DNA of 64,000 bases. Source: Nitrospirales bacterium (lineage in GTDB: Bacteria; Nitrospirota; Nitrospiria; Nitrospirales; UBA8639). The stretch is taken from NCBI GenBank assembly GCA_965203295.1, contig CBDBCZ010000016.1:640001-704000 (forward strand). Direction: 5' to 3'. The notes below the pieces were generated by a model, which worked only from the letters and a program-made list of their open reading frames with translations, ran no database searches and had not been told where the DNA came from. The position numbers and the translations under genes were made by a program. How positions within the stretch are numbered: position 1 is the stretch's first letter; the number at the start of each line of letters is the position of its first letter. Below, piece by piece: positions 13,701 through 28,700 of the stretch.

Positions 13701-16700
13701 CTCACTATCAGCAAAAGCAGAAAGCTTCCCAGTTTATCCCAGAACTCTTGCAACTGGGAGTCCCTAACCTCTTTTTAATACAGCTTGATTCCAATGGACA
13801 AAAATCCCAGCAAGATGAGCTAGCAGTTACTGAGTTTGAACATGATCTTCAAAAATTTATTCGTCGCAACGAACTCAGATACGATCTTCTTTCTCAAACC
13901 AAGCAAATGCTGGTAATTGCTTATGAAATTTATTTAATGGTCTAAGTTTTGATAGTATTTTGTATTCTTTTACACACAGTCCTACATCACTACAAAGAAA
14001 AACTTCTTTCAGGAAGTTGTTCTGGCAACAGTATGTAAGGTATACCAATCATCATTGAGTGAGTCAAGATATTTATAGTAAAAAATTATTCATTGTATTT
14101 TTTTATTGTAGGAAATAATTCCTGAGACCGGTGTCCTAAAAGACAAGAACTCTGTTAAAATTGCAATGGATACAGCCATCAGTGTTCTGAAAACCAATCT
14201 AGAATGGGTGCAAAAAGAGCCATCTCTTAAGCAGAACTTTTGTCTCGAGTTTATGTGTGCATGTTGTGCCAGAATACCATTAACTGACATGGAATTTGAC
14301 TGGATAAAGGAGTATATAGGCATTATTGAAAAATTGGGGGAGGTGTTTTGTTTCTATTTATCATCAAGGCACCTGGTCAGAAAGCAAACCACTTTATGTG
14401 ACTTTTTACCTGAAGATGTTGAAGAAAGCCCCTCAAAATCTGTGTTGCGCTACTTTCACTGGATTCAAAGAGTCCACAAAATATTGTCATTCTGGAAATC
14501 CAAACTTGACAATCAGTCGGCAGACTATGATTACATGCATGGATATTTGCAGAATTACCGACACATTCACAAACTTGCTAAAGCTGTTGGAGGAACTAGT
14601 CTGGTACTTTCACCCCAGAAGGTATCGCAAGTGCAGGATAGTTTTTTACAGGACTTTGAATTGCTAAATCAGTTGCTATTGAAGTACATTTCTGATGAAC
14701 CAAAGGCAGGATGGTAAGCATTTATACTTACATTTGGCTTTTTTAATGATTGCTCACCCTATCAGGCTTTATATTAGGACTGAAAGGCTGTATATTCACT
14801 TTCATAATAAAACATTACTATTGGATTTACTGCCCTGTACTATCACCAGTACTAGAGTTCATTGTGCACTTATGTTTCTTGCGATTTTAGTGATAGACTT
14901 ATGCAAGAATTTAGTTCTCAATTGATAGCCTATAACTTAAACCAAAGACAGTTTAGTACTTCCACTTTTACCCTCTTGGTCAATGACTTCGTTAACTTAA
15001 TGCCATTGCTTGCAGCAGATGCTAACAGGTCAACATAAATGCATCTGTGACTCAGCAAAAGCTACACATACTACTATGTACATATATAGGCACACACAGT
15101 AGAATGACTAGCCTGCACAACAGTCACATGGGGCTCAATCATGCTGTGCTCGCCTGGCACAGTCACTTAGGCAGTATAGTCATGCTCTCTAGTGCACAAA
15201 AAACTTCGAATACAGCACTCAAATGTAATGGTTGCAAGTCCATGCTTAGCAGTAACATACTACTAAATTAGCTGAATTTCATTAATATCAGTTTGGGAAG
15301 CTGGGGTGTTTTTATGTAGCTAGCTATCTGTGTTGCACAGGCATTTGAATGGCTTTGTATAATATCAGGTAGAGTATTACGCTATTGCACATCCTTATAC
15401 TGTATATATTGCACTTACTGCGGTACTTTAAGTAATGAAAAAGCTACATGCGTATTGCCCATGGAGTAATGTGTACACCTGTAGGTCTCTATACACACGT
15501 ATGCTATAATAAGCTTAATTCTATTCTTAGGTGCTCAATAATGGACATTCTTTCTAAGAATAGAGTTGAAATTCCCCAAAATCTCCATGAAGCCATGAGT
15601 CAGCATATTCTGTTTCCCAATGAGAAACCAGCTAAATTTGAACTTTTAGTCAATCAACCATCACCTTCTACTTCAGGGAACTTCCATCCTCATAATCAGG
15701 AAATCCGCCTCTGGCTATCAAAGAAGTTGAGTCTAACTTTGCTGCACTCAATCGTTGATAAGCTGAATGCTTTAATAGCACCGATTCTGGAACATGTAGA
15801 CTTCATGGTTTATTTTGAGCTGCATCCCAACATGTTTGTCAGCATTTATCTACAGCAAGCTATGCAGGAGTTCACTCGTGTAAAACCATTCATTAATACT
15901 CTAGATCTAAAAGAAGCTATAGAAAGGACAAAATCTCTCCTTGATAAAGTACTAAAAGGAACAGCATCATATGGAGATTTGATTGCAAATGGTAAACTTA
16001 ACTTGGAAGCTCTCAACATAGATGAAGAATTAAATGGGCTAGTAGAATGCAGGTACATTGGATTGTATGGAAAGGCAGGACTGGCTGCATTAACGAGTCT
16101 CTTGAAACTCTTTCAGTTTATAAGATACATTCCTATTATTAAAGAAGTTTGCCAGCAGTACCAACTTGAGCTCTGCTTAAATGATCCTCAATTAAGAGAA
16201 GTTTTTGAATTGGCTAAACCATTACAGTGCCAGGAAGCACGAGAGAAAGTTACTCCCACAGACGCAGAAGGCAAGTGGAAGGTAGTCTGCAAGGCACTCT
16301 GTATTAAAGAAGATGCCAGTCCAAAGTGCCTTGATTTGTTTCCCAAGGTTGCAGATAGTGCTGATTTTTCCAGCTTCCTTAAAGAAAAGCAATTTATAGG
16401 AACGGAAGGAGCAACCCGTTTCATTCAGGAGTTTGAACTCATCACTGCACAGCTGCAGCACAACGAATATCATGAAATGGTTCTAAACCACTTGTTTGCT
16501 GCTTTTCGGTTTATGGCCCCTTTCATGGACCCAAGTCATGATTCACTCCACTCTCTAATGACTGCTGTAACAGAACTTGATTTACCTGAAGGACTTCCAC
16601 AGCTTGAAACAGTAAGAGATAACATGCACCTTATCCGATTTTGGTTCTCACAGACTGAAGAGAATGTATGGAATCAATTAGATAGTATTTGGAAAACTGG

Positions 16701-19700
16701 ATATTATCAAATAAAATTTTCCATGGCAGCTGGAAGAAATTGCCTTCAAATAATACTTGACTATGAACCATCAGCTACAATGAATAAGCCTGCATTGTTG
16801 AGGCATTTAAGCAATGATGGGGCTGAAGAGAACCAGCAACCGGAAGCTTGTGCAAAGGAGACTCTGCATAGAGATCAGATTGATGATTTTGTACACAAAC
16901 TTGGTTTTTTAGATCCTCAAAAAGACAAGAAAGGGGAGCAGCAGCAGAATAGCAGGAAAGAAGATAGAAGTGACCATGAAAAAGACAATGCACTAGTACA
17001 GCATTTCTTACATTTGAACGGAGTGAGTGTGATTGTTACCCTATCTGTATATAAATAATTGTAAGTTAACAGTCATGTTTTTGCTGCAGGTTGCCTACAG
17101 ACTTCTTGACCTGTTTGGAAAGCTTAGAGAACTTTGCCACCCAGAGTATTCAAAGAAAGACTTTAAACAAATCCTGAAATGTTCCACATCATTACCTGTT
17201 GCCAATGGAAAAGTACGTTATTGACACTGCTTTATGTATACATATTATAACTTTGATTGTTAATTGTCTTAGGTTGGTGAAGCAGAGACAGTTCTAAGAG
17301 AGTGGATAAATAAACTGAAGGAAGTACACAGTACTTACAGATGGCTACTGTTTTTCCGTGTTCCCAAGTTGATGATGCTATACGAAGCCCTGGCAGCTGA
17401 AAAACCCTCTATACCTACGATACTAAATGAAGTAGGTTTCCTCTTTAAAAGAGATCCTGACACAAGAAAACTACTCTGCACTGCTCTTGAGGTAAATTTA
17501 TCATATTTACACTAATTTTTGCAATTTATAATTTTATTGAATCCTTTTTCAGAATGCTAAATCCTGTGTAAACCTGGCTGCAAGCCCTTCACCACTGGAT
17601 GTAGCGGGATTATTTCTGGAAGAGCTTTTTAAACAACATCATATGAAGAGTTGTTCACTATCAATATGCTATCAGAGAGACTCAGACTCTGAGTTTCTTC
17701 ACAGTGTTAGTTCAAAAGCAGTTAGCACCCTTCACTGTACTCCAAGTTATTCACAGAGTCAGTTGATCCGACTTGTTCTATGCCTTTATGGTAGTCTACC
17801 AAATGCTTTTGAGGTTCTCCATTGCAAGCCATCAACCACAGAGCAAGAGCTGAAGCTGTTCATGGAAAGAATTGCCCAGCATCCTCGGCAGTACACTATG
17901 TTAGAAATTAATCATCTACCATACCAACTTCAAGAGGTTAGTCTGAAACAAAAGTATAGGTGTGTCATGCTGTAATGTTAAGTATCCTGTGTTGCCTCAG
18001 GTTCTATTGCAGCTTTTATTAAAGCTGAAGCTTGAGTTACCTGGTAGTACTTCTGTTCACTTCATTGAAACTTCCCCGTCGGTGCTTCGAGAGGTATCAT
18101 GGCTTAAAAAAGTTATGAACTATAAGGTATTATATATAAAAACGTAACAATAGTATTATATTATTGACCATGTGACCATGACAGTTTGTACGTCTTACAG
18201 GAAGATGGACCACCCATGACTATTGAGAAGGCTGAAACCATTTGCTGGCAAACTAGACTACAAGAAAATGAAGATTTTTCTTGTATTGAACTTGTTTACA
18301 GTTTACCTGGTATGTGATTAACACAAGACAAGCATGCATTACTAAAATAATATACCTGCATTATGATTTTTTTTCTCTAGGAAATGGTAAAACCCATTAC
18401 ATTAATGAAAAACTGAAGCTAGCTGATAAAGAACACCAAGTTACCATTGCAGTCAACGAAGCATTTTCTACTGTCAGTGCAATTGAGAAGCTGCATTCCC
18501 TACCAAGAAACACAAAGCATTGTGCCATTTTCTTCAACTTTACCATACTTCCGCCTGTGGTAAGCTCTGTTGCAATAGTACTTGTCGAAAGACGGTATGA
18601 TCTCACTCTGTGAATACACTATGTAATAAATGTTCTGTTATTCCAGACTAAGTTTGGGTGTAGCACGTTTCTCGTGTTTAGGAGATGGGGGGATGGCCTA
18701 TAATGAGAGAGTAATTACAGTTGGAATTGGCTGGGTCCTACTGGCAAGTGCTACTAGCGGGTTTAGTGGCTATATAAAGCTTGCCTACTGCTAAAGGTCC
18801 TGGGTTCAATCCCAACCTGGGTCCTGATTTTTCGGGATTTCTTTACTCTCTCAGAAAGCTTATCTCCTCACAGAAGTTTGCAATGTGATTACTTAGTTTT
18901 CAGTTCTGTGTCCCTTAGTGGTTTAATTACCCCGGCAGGCTGATTCAGACTAAGTTTGGGTGTAGCACATTTCTCGTGTTTAGGAGATGGGGGAATGGCC
19001 TATAATGAGAGAGTAATTATAGTTGGAATTGGCTGGGTCCTACTGGCAAGTGCTACTAGCGGATTTAGTGGCTATATAAAGCTTGCCTACTGCTTGCCAA
19101 GGGGGCTCCGGTAGCTCAATTGGTAAGAGCATCTGACTAGTATTCAGAAGGTCCTGGGTTCAATCCCCAGCTGGGTCCCGATTTTTCGGGATTTCTTCTC
19201 TCTCAGAACGCTTATCTTCTCACAGAAATTTGCAATCTAGGTATAGGTACCCCATTCACAAAAGGTACCATTGGGTTTACAAAGTTTAAATGCTGAGACC
19301 CTACAGTGGAATCGCAAAACATTAGGCAGTCTATTTTATTACTGTAATGAAATGAACTTTCTGATATGTACAATGTATTATGTTGAAAGAAGCCTGCTGA
19401 TTTGGTAATGTGTTAGTTGGCTATACCGTATGCATCCTCTCTCTTTGAAATTGCTGATAGAAATCTGCACATGAAGAAGAGAAAGAACATTATCAGCAGT
19501 TGATGAGGGAAGTGGGGTGGTTTTTCTTTGATCTCCTGTTTCTTTGCTATGTGGAAGATCCAGCAACTGGAATATCATTTCAGATCCCAGGTGGCTTGTC
19601 GTGGGCAGTGTATGTCGAGGTAAGCTTAACTCTGGAACTGAATTTTTTCACTTTAAAACTAGTGGTTGCTCCAACAGGTTCCTTCTAGAGCCATGGCTGA

Positions 19701-22700
19701 AGAATTGTCTGAGCATGATTTTCTTCTCCACTTCAAAGAAGAGATACCAGCATTGGGTTTTTTGGGGACTCCTCGACATATTGATCCTGGCTGTGATTAC
19801 AGGGTAGATAAGGATGTTCAGCTTGTATGCAAGTATTTGAAAGCATATGATTCTGGAGCTATTGATATGCTCTATAAAGAAATTAGAGGCAAGTGGGCAC
19901 AGTGAACAGGTGCATGGCTTTATTTTTGTTGCTACAATAATCCAGAACACTCTTTTAACAGGTAAAGTGATTAAGTTTAGTATGGATCCTGACCTAACAC
20001 ATGAAGATTGTAAATGCCTCCTTCAAAAATATATGCCAACTCATATCAATCGAAACAAGATAACTCAAAAGCTATACATCCAGTGAGTATTTTACTTCAT
20101 TGAGATTGCATGAACGAGTGTTATACTATTTATTTGTTGAACAGGTACATGAAAAGAAGGTGTACGTTCCTGGACAACCTTCCAGCATTCAACTATAATA
20201 CTGGTGTTGGTGAATACATTGCAGTGAATGGCAAAAAAGAGCAAACGAATACACGTCAGCTGGGGTCTACCCTAGTGCAAATGATGCTAAAAGAAGTTGT
20301 TGATTTTTGTGACCCTACCATCAAAGATGACTGGTCACATAAGGCTCACCAGCAAGTGAGTGAAAAATCATATTGAATTTTCTATTGATATTCAAACAAG
20401 GTGTAGCAATTTGTTGATACGCATAGTTCACTACTACTATAATATACCACTGCAGCTGATCTATGACTTCAAAGATGGAGGTGGAAGTCTTGGTTTAATT
20501 TCTCTACTTCCGGATGAGCTGCCTAGAGAAGATCGTGAGAGGTTTATTAAAATTGGAGTGGAAACCCCCTCCATGGAGTAAGTGCATAACAAATTTGAAT
20601 AATTACCTTTATTTGGTTTACTTTAACTTCCAGTAGAGGGGCTTAAATTCATTAGCAATAATAGACAATACAGATCACGTCATACCCAAGTCAAGGGGAA
20701 CATGTAGGAAGAGATAATGGGTGCTAGCCTATTGTTCTTATAATGGGTATTACGCATACATAGTTTACCTCAGTGACTTTTACAACATTTCTCCTAACAG
20801 GGAACTGTATTCCAGCAAAGTTTTGCATAAGTATCTGTCTCGATCACTCAATATTCCTCTCAAGAATGACCATCTAATACCAATTCAGGAGAGTCAGTAT
20901 GTACTTACCCTTGATTACACACTGAAGATGCTCAACATCCATGAGCGATATGAATGTGGGATACCTGTGATTATAGAAGGGGAGACAGGGGTGGGGAAGA
21001 CAGCCCTTGTTGAGATGCTTTCTAAGCTTTGGAATCACTCCTGGGTTGCACAATGGGAAAGATATAAAGATCGCCTAGTGGAGTCAGTGAAGAGGAGGCT
21101 AAAAGGTACATGCAGTTGTGTAATATAGATAAGCTATTGATTGGTTGTAATAGTGAATCACAGCTTGAAATATTGACAGATTTCCACTACATACTTGCAT
21201 ATTTCTGTGGGGTCCTACATGTAAGTCTGTCATGTTCAGGTGAATAGCCGCATAGCTACCTCTGCTATGAAGTAATGATAATACAAGATGACAGTTAGTG
21301 TATTCCATTGAAGTATAGTGCCCAGCTAGTAAATGCACTGACATTTGACCACCATAAAAAAATCTGTCACTACCTCTGTACTACTCCTTGCTATGCGACT
21401 AAGATTGTTCATGGATACGTACATTTTGGGATACTGACTATTCTGTTGAACTATCGAGCATACTTAAGCATTGACTACCAGGCCACTTCTCTCTCTTCCC
21501 CTGTGTCATTTATGAAACTGCTCATTTACACTATAGCTCACTGCACCACATACCTCTATTCCTGGTTATGTAGATTTACCTACAGATTTCATTGCTGACC
21601 ATAAACATGCTGTGTGTGTGGACACGGTGTATAACTTGAGTTCTGGGAAGCAAGTTGCAGAAGAAATGCTGAATGAAATTGTGCAACTTCCAGATAAATC
21701 AGGAAGTGGATGGTTTTATACTGTGCTAAATCAGTCATTGAGAAAGCTAAACGGAGACCCAATATTTTCTATTCTGAGTGTTGAGTTACATGATGGAGAA
21801 AGTTTAAATGATGCTTTCTGTGCCATTGAAGAAGATTCATCTGAGGTATATTTGCATGCTTTGTAGACATCTATGCAATTTATCATGTTTATATATACAC
21901 ACCATTAGGCTACAGCACACTTACTATACATTATCTTCAGTGCTACTGTGAAGACTACATTTCACAAACTGAATGTTCATGCAGGTAATGAATGCATAAG
22001 TTTTATTAAATAATTTTAATTATTGAATTCTTATTTTCTATTAGCTCTGCAACCAAAGGAAATAGAAGCATTTTTTGAAAAAGTATTTGAACAGTCTTTT
22101 GCAATACAACAAGCATACAGTAGCTGTGATCCAGCTCAGAGACCCAATTTCAGAGTCCCTTTTGTTACCGTAAGTTAATATAATACATGACAACTTATCC
22201 ATTAATTGGTATGTTGTTTGCTGTTCGTATTTTAATTTAGGCATACTTAGATGAAATCAACACAGCTTCCTGCCTGGGACTGTTTAAAGAGATAATTGTT
22301 GACAGAACAATTGATGGGAAGGTAAATCCATAGGCTTCGATTCTGTGGTATTGAGGAAGGGATTATCATTATCTTGTGACATTCTTCCTACATCCATGAG
22401 CCCTGTTACAAGGCTATACAATAATAAAGTCCCTAATACATAATTTCCCAACTGCAATGAGTTGTACTGCAGCACATGTAGCTTCATTCCACGGCAAGTT
22501 GGCTTTCATTTCCATCATCATAGTAGTAATGGAAATCTTATATTCACTGTAGAGAATTTGTGTACCTGCAACAGCCTTCCAGTATCAATTCTGCATGAAT
22601 CTTACTAGTATGAATGACTCCTTAATTGCAGGCAGGTACAAATTTTATAGTCCTCCACATTAATAGTGGTACTCTTGTTCCACAACAGCCCATACCTGAG

Positions 22701-25700
22701 AATGTATTCATAATTGCTTCCTGCAATCCTCACCGGGGAGACATTTTAGCAGCCATTAAAGATCAAGAATCATGGCTGAAAGGGACCTATTATGTTCGAA
22801 AACTTCACCCTACCCTGCAATCGCTCTTGTGGGACTATGGGTCACTTAATGAACAACAGGAGCGTGAGTATGTAAATGCTAAAATGGAAATGCTCACCCA
22901 ACAGTCCACTGAGAGTACCACTAATACAACAATGTCTCCAGAAGATATTGCTAGTTTAACTGATCTCATTCTTGAAAGCCAGCAGAAGATGCGGGAGTAT
23001 GCTTTTGAGCAGCTGAAAAAATTATCTTGTGTTGACATTTCACAACCTGAGGCAAGAGTTTGTGCCAAGAGCTCTGTCAGTCAAAGAGATATTCATAGAG
23101 TATTTACATTCTATAAATGGCTAATGACAACGTATGTCCAATTCAATCCTCATAACGAGTCGACTGAGTCGTATCATCGTCGTGCAGTCATGGTATCACT
23201 AGGTATAGTGTACTTCATGCGACTCAACTCAACGTATCGAAGCAAGTACAGGCTCTTCCTTGATTACTTTGATCATCTACCTAATGAAGTAACATTTTCT
23301 AAGGCCTTTGAAAGTGAGTTAAAATGGTACATTGACAGAATTGAGCTTCCTCCTAGTATTGCCAAAACAGAGGCTCTAAGAGAGAATGTTTTTGCAACCA
23401 TTGCATGTACCATGACACACACCCCTCTAATCATTGTGGGTGACCCTGGTTCTTCAAAAACCCTGTCTTTTAACATTGTTATTGCAAACTTTAAAGGAAG
23501 CCAGTCCAGAAATGCTACTTTTAGGCACACAGATTTTTTTAAGTCCCTGGATGCCCACTTTTATCAGTGTTCACGGAGAACTACTTCAAATGAAATTGAA
23601 AAAATCTTCAAAAGAGCTATAACTCGCCAACGCAGTCTTCACAATATTCCCTTGCCTGTTTATTGTGTTGTGTTTATGGACGAAGCTGGTCTTCCAGAAG
23701 ATAAACTTGAATCACTTAAAGTTTTACACTACCACCTAGACAGCAAGGAAGTTTCATTTGTTGCCATTAGTAATCACGTCCTTGATGCTGCCAAAACCAA
23801 CAGAGCAGTTAGCATCTTCAGACCAAAGGCAACTGTCCGACAACTACATGAACTAGCAAAAGGAAGCATTCTTCCACCTGGTCAAAGTAAACCTTCAGAG
23901 GATCAAGAAGACCTACTGAACAAACTCTGCTCTTCATACAACAGAATACACTCACATGAGGAATTCCGAAAGCTCTTTGGTTTACGTGACTTTATTCATT
24001 TTGTTATATACCTGCGCCGCAAAGGCAGAAGATACTTGGATGCCCAGCTGATTTTGGAAGGATTAGAAAGAAACTTCGGTGGTAGTAGAAAATTTCATGA
24101 GCTCTGCCGAATATTTTTTGATGAGGTACGTAAGGTTCACTAAATACTATCAGTTTCCAATGTGCTACTACTATGCAACTAGTTTCATTAACAAACTAGA
24201 GGTTGCCTTCCTACACAGCTATAGTTAAAAAAATTTGGTCTTTAATTATACCATGAATTAAATGTCTTAAGTAGTATTGTTGAATGGTTAAATGATCACT
24301 TTTCAGATTGGTGTTCCTGTGGAGAAGCTCCACTTCAGCCATATACTTAGTATATTGAAGAACAGTCTGGCTGATCATATCAGCACAGAAAGTGATGATG
24401 TTCACAATAGCATCCAAAGTGAGGTTCGGTACAAGCTGATCATCGATCCTAGTGAGGATGACTCACTAGTGAGGCTCCTGTTCACAAATCAAGTGCTAAA
24501 GAGAAAAAACACACGGCTCTATATTTGCAGTGACTTTCCCGGGGATAGGCAGCTGAGGGTAAGGATACATATATGTAGTCTAAACTTGAGACTTTTTATT
24601 CTACTTTATACTCATCTCAATGTAGGTCCATACCATTGCACAAATCCGTCATTCAGTTGCAGCTGGTCATACCATTCTAATGTGTCAAACAGATGAAATA
24701 CATGAGAGCTTTTATGACCTCTTTAATCAGCATTTTCGTAGCATTAAAGACCCACAAAGTGGAACCCGCCACTATGCGAATATTGCTATTGGTGCTCATT
24801 CCAGGCCTTGTCGAGTGGACCCTCATTTTCAATGTATGGTGGTGATTAAGGAATCAGAATTGCAGGACACACCTGCTCCCTTTCTGAATCGGTTTGAGAA
24901 ATACTACCTTACCCACAGAAGCCTGTTGGATAGTGTTTTTGAAAACATGCCTCCTTGTCTCAGTATACTGCTTCGATCAGTGTACAGCAAGGTTAGTGAC
25001 CTCAAAAGGTATCTTGCACTTTTTTTAAAAAAATCATTCCTTTTATGTTCAGGTTTCTGACTTCATCTCATGTGTAAATCAGTCATCATTTTATGGTTTC
25101 TTGGAGGATAATAGCCTTGAGTCTTTGATGTTGACAATTTTACCACCTTTTGGACAAGAGTATAAATCCCTACTGAGCAGAAACAGTTTTTCTGTTTCAA
25201 CTGACACAGAAGATAAGCGTGTGCTCTTATTGGAAACTCTACTAAACATGCTTCAACACAGTGCTGGCTTCCATATACCTAAGGTTTGCTAAATATAATA
25301 TATGTGTATATTTACCAGTGTGCGATAAGGAATAGTCTGTCATTTTTGCAGTACTCAGCTGAGGAGTTGAAGATGGATGCCGATCATATCTTCAGTATGT
25401 TCCAAAAGGAGCCTGAGTTTGAGGGAATTATGCTGGAAACAAATCATGAGAATGTAGTAACACTGATTGATGAAGCGTTGCATGTACTTCATCATGGTCC
25501 AAATCCAAAGAATATAGATAGACCTTTTGAAGTCTACACTGATGCCCTGATGATCATTGCAGTCCTAACACAGTGGATCGTCAACTATCTTTGTAAGCAG
25601 TTGCTGCAGTTGATGACTCCTGAGGCATTGGCTGTTCACTGTGATAAAATTCCTACCCCGTATCTTGAAAATTATCTGAAGTTTCAAGAACATTTTAGCC

Positions 25701-28700
25701 TAAAAGATTTAGTGGAGAGACAGTTCAATCGTTTGAAAATGAATAAATGGTAAGCTCCTGATTAAGCTGTGAGATGTTATTGTATAACTTCGACTGTAGC
25801 TATTTGCATAAATACCTATTCACCAGATCATTTCACTGTTCACATGACTTAGGTGACAGTGCAGTTTGAGATGAGTGTCACATGTGGTATAGATGGAATA
25901 TACTGCATGTGTCATCATCATCATCAATACTTTAGCGTTAGTTCTGTCCGTGCGTGTGTGTGTAACGGATGTGACGTCCACTAATGAACCTCGATTGCGC
26001 GGGATGGGATACGCATGAAGACTGTGACGTCATCATCTGTGTACATAGCTAATTAGTACTTTGACTGCTGCGCATGCGTTGGGACGCGACTTTGTCGCTT
26101 CGGCCGCTGCGTGCGTTGGGATGCTCTGACAGCCGACGGTATTATCGTGATGGCCTCAAATCCGCGCTTCGAGCGCGCTCTATTGCGAAGGTTAGTGGCT
26201 GTATAGTCCTGCAAGTGCAAACCATGCACAGCTGTATCTTCTATATACGCTAGTCAAACTACAACGATGTGCATTAAATGGAGTGAGTTCCATTCGCTTA
26301 CATGTGCTGATGTGGGTATGGTTTTGTAATTGTTTGCAGTCTCTCCTTTGAGTTACTGCCTCCACATGGCTCAGGCAGAAACTACTGTCAAAGTCTCGAT
26401 CAGGCTACTGCCACTGACAGATGCTCCACATTCCTTATGATAGCGATACTACATGTACATGGACATTGCATAGCTAATACATGCTTTAGCTTCTAAAAGA
26501 AATGTAGTGTGCACACATACTATATACTTACCCCCCACTGTGGCGAGTCAATTTTCAACACTGACATGTGGCTTAGTCAAAAGCACTGCTTCATAGGCAG
26601 AAGATGCTATACTGTTCCATGCAAATCGCATAGAGGTTACACTTTGCATTGCTATCTGTACAGAGTGAGCGAGTTGAACATGCACAAGTACTTGTATAGT
26701 ATTATATCTACACCATGTGTGGCACTTATCTTACGCTGTACTGTCACCCGAATCCAGCTGGTACTTCAATTAGGTCACAGCATGTCTTTCACATCTGTCT
26801 TAACACCAGGTCTAAATCGGACCTCTAGCACTTCTGTGTTGGCATTTCAGTGAATACATATCTCACTGTGCTTGATATCTATTATCCTGAGATACCTCCA
26901 CCTTGTTGTCTAACTTATATTTAGATGTAATTTACTGTTACACCCATTAATCACAGAACAGTGGAAGTGTGACATGATATGCATTGTAAAAATAATTGAA
27001 GGGCAAGGCAGTCATATTAATGTTAGCACACAATAGTGCAGGGATGTATAGCTGTACAAATGCTTAAAAGTTTAACTTTTGAAACTATTGCACCACACAT
27101 ACTGCACTATTTACTACCTACAGGGACAATTCTGTATGCCCAACAAAGTTACTCTGCTTTACTCGTTCATCACCACTAATCCGTCAACTTCCATCTGAAT
27201 ATCCTAGTACACTCACCACTGTATCTGATGATGCAATGCAGCAATCTCTCAGGGAGCATATCTATAGCAATGTGAACCATTTAATGATATGCAAAATATC
27301 CCTAAGGCATTCACAAAGCAAAATTGAAGAACTACTAGCCAGGTATGTTTTGTCGGAGTCACACTTGCTATTGTTGGTTGCAAATATGCAAGAAATCTCT
27401 AAAAAGATGATCAATCATCTCCGGATCATGATTGAAGAGACAGAAAATACGATCACAAATCAGACTAAAGTTTTTGTACTTCTACTCCATTTTCCTCCAG
27501 TGATGTTCTTCAAGCCATGCTACCCTTCCCTCTTCCTGATGGGATGGGGTCACTATTATCTTGATACAATAGCATACGGCACCCTAACAAGAGAAGGTGT
27601 GAAGTCTGTCGTTGATGTTAAGGAATGGTTTTATCATTGCTGCTTTTCACCGTCACCTGGTAATGCACTTAACCGCCAGATGGTTATAGCACTTCAGCAA
27701 TTGCTTCCAGAAGCAATTCCAATAGTTGCCTCACGTGTGGTTTTAACTCACAAAGCTGAGAGAAAAGCAATGGATGCTTCTGAAAGAACTGCAGTACTCC
27801 AAAGACTATTAATAGGCACTCCGCATGGTAATGCTAAAGTTGGAGGAGAAAAACAAAATCAACTGAGCCTAGGCAAAGTGCTGTGTGTAAAATATTGCAA
27901 GTATTGGACACCTCAGTTAATGGTACAACAAATCAAAGAATTTTCTAACTTTATGTACGATTGCGAGTCCACCTTGAATCTTACTGATTCCATTCAAAGT
28001 GTTGTGAGATCTAGATTCTTTGATTTCCTTGTCTACATGTTTTCTAGACTAAACGAAAGAAATGATATTCACATTCTCGTGGAAGAGCCACAGTGTTCTC
28101 CAGTTCAGCAGTTGTTCCTAGATCTACTTAGTGCACTTCCAGCTCCAGAACTAGCACAAATTAAAGTGCTAATGGCTGGCAATCGCCAGCAGCCTATTCA
28201 GCTTTACTTTCCCAGATTTCCATTCTTCAAGCAAGTGTGTGATATGTTAGACAAGGCTGTAGAAGAAAGCAGAGAGAAAGTGAATCAGAAGTCAAACTTT
28301 TTTGACACTGCTTTACCTCAGACAGAAACTTCAGACTCTGTTCATCTTTTTACCCAGAAGAGAACCAAACAGCAAATGGAAGCTTTATTTAACAAAGTTG
28401 TGATGTCAAGAGTGAAGGTATGCGTATTCATTTGTGTATTATTAATTACATTGCTTGATTTTAAAATTCTTTTTAACTAGGAAATGAAGGGCTGCTTGGA
28501 AGTGACAGCTTCAGCTATGAGTGAGTACGGTGATGAAATTTGGAATCGATATTTTACTGACTTTGCCCATAAAAAGCTTCATCTTCAGCCTGAAATGGCT
28601 CCCCTTACTAATGATATCCTTAAAGCTTACATTGGACCTGTAACAGGCAGTAATGCACTTGCACGACTGGTGTCTCTTCATGTTCGCCTTCATGTGTACC

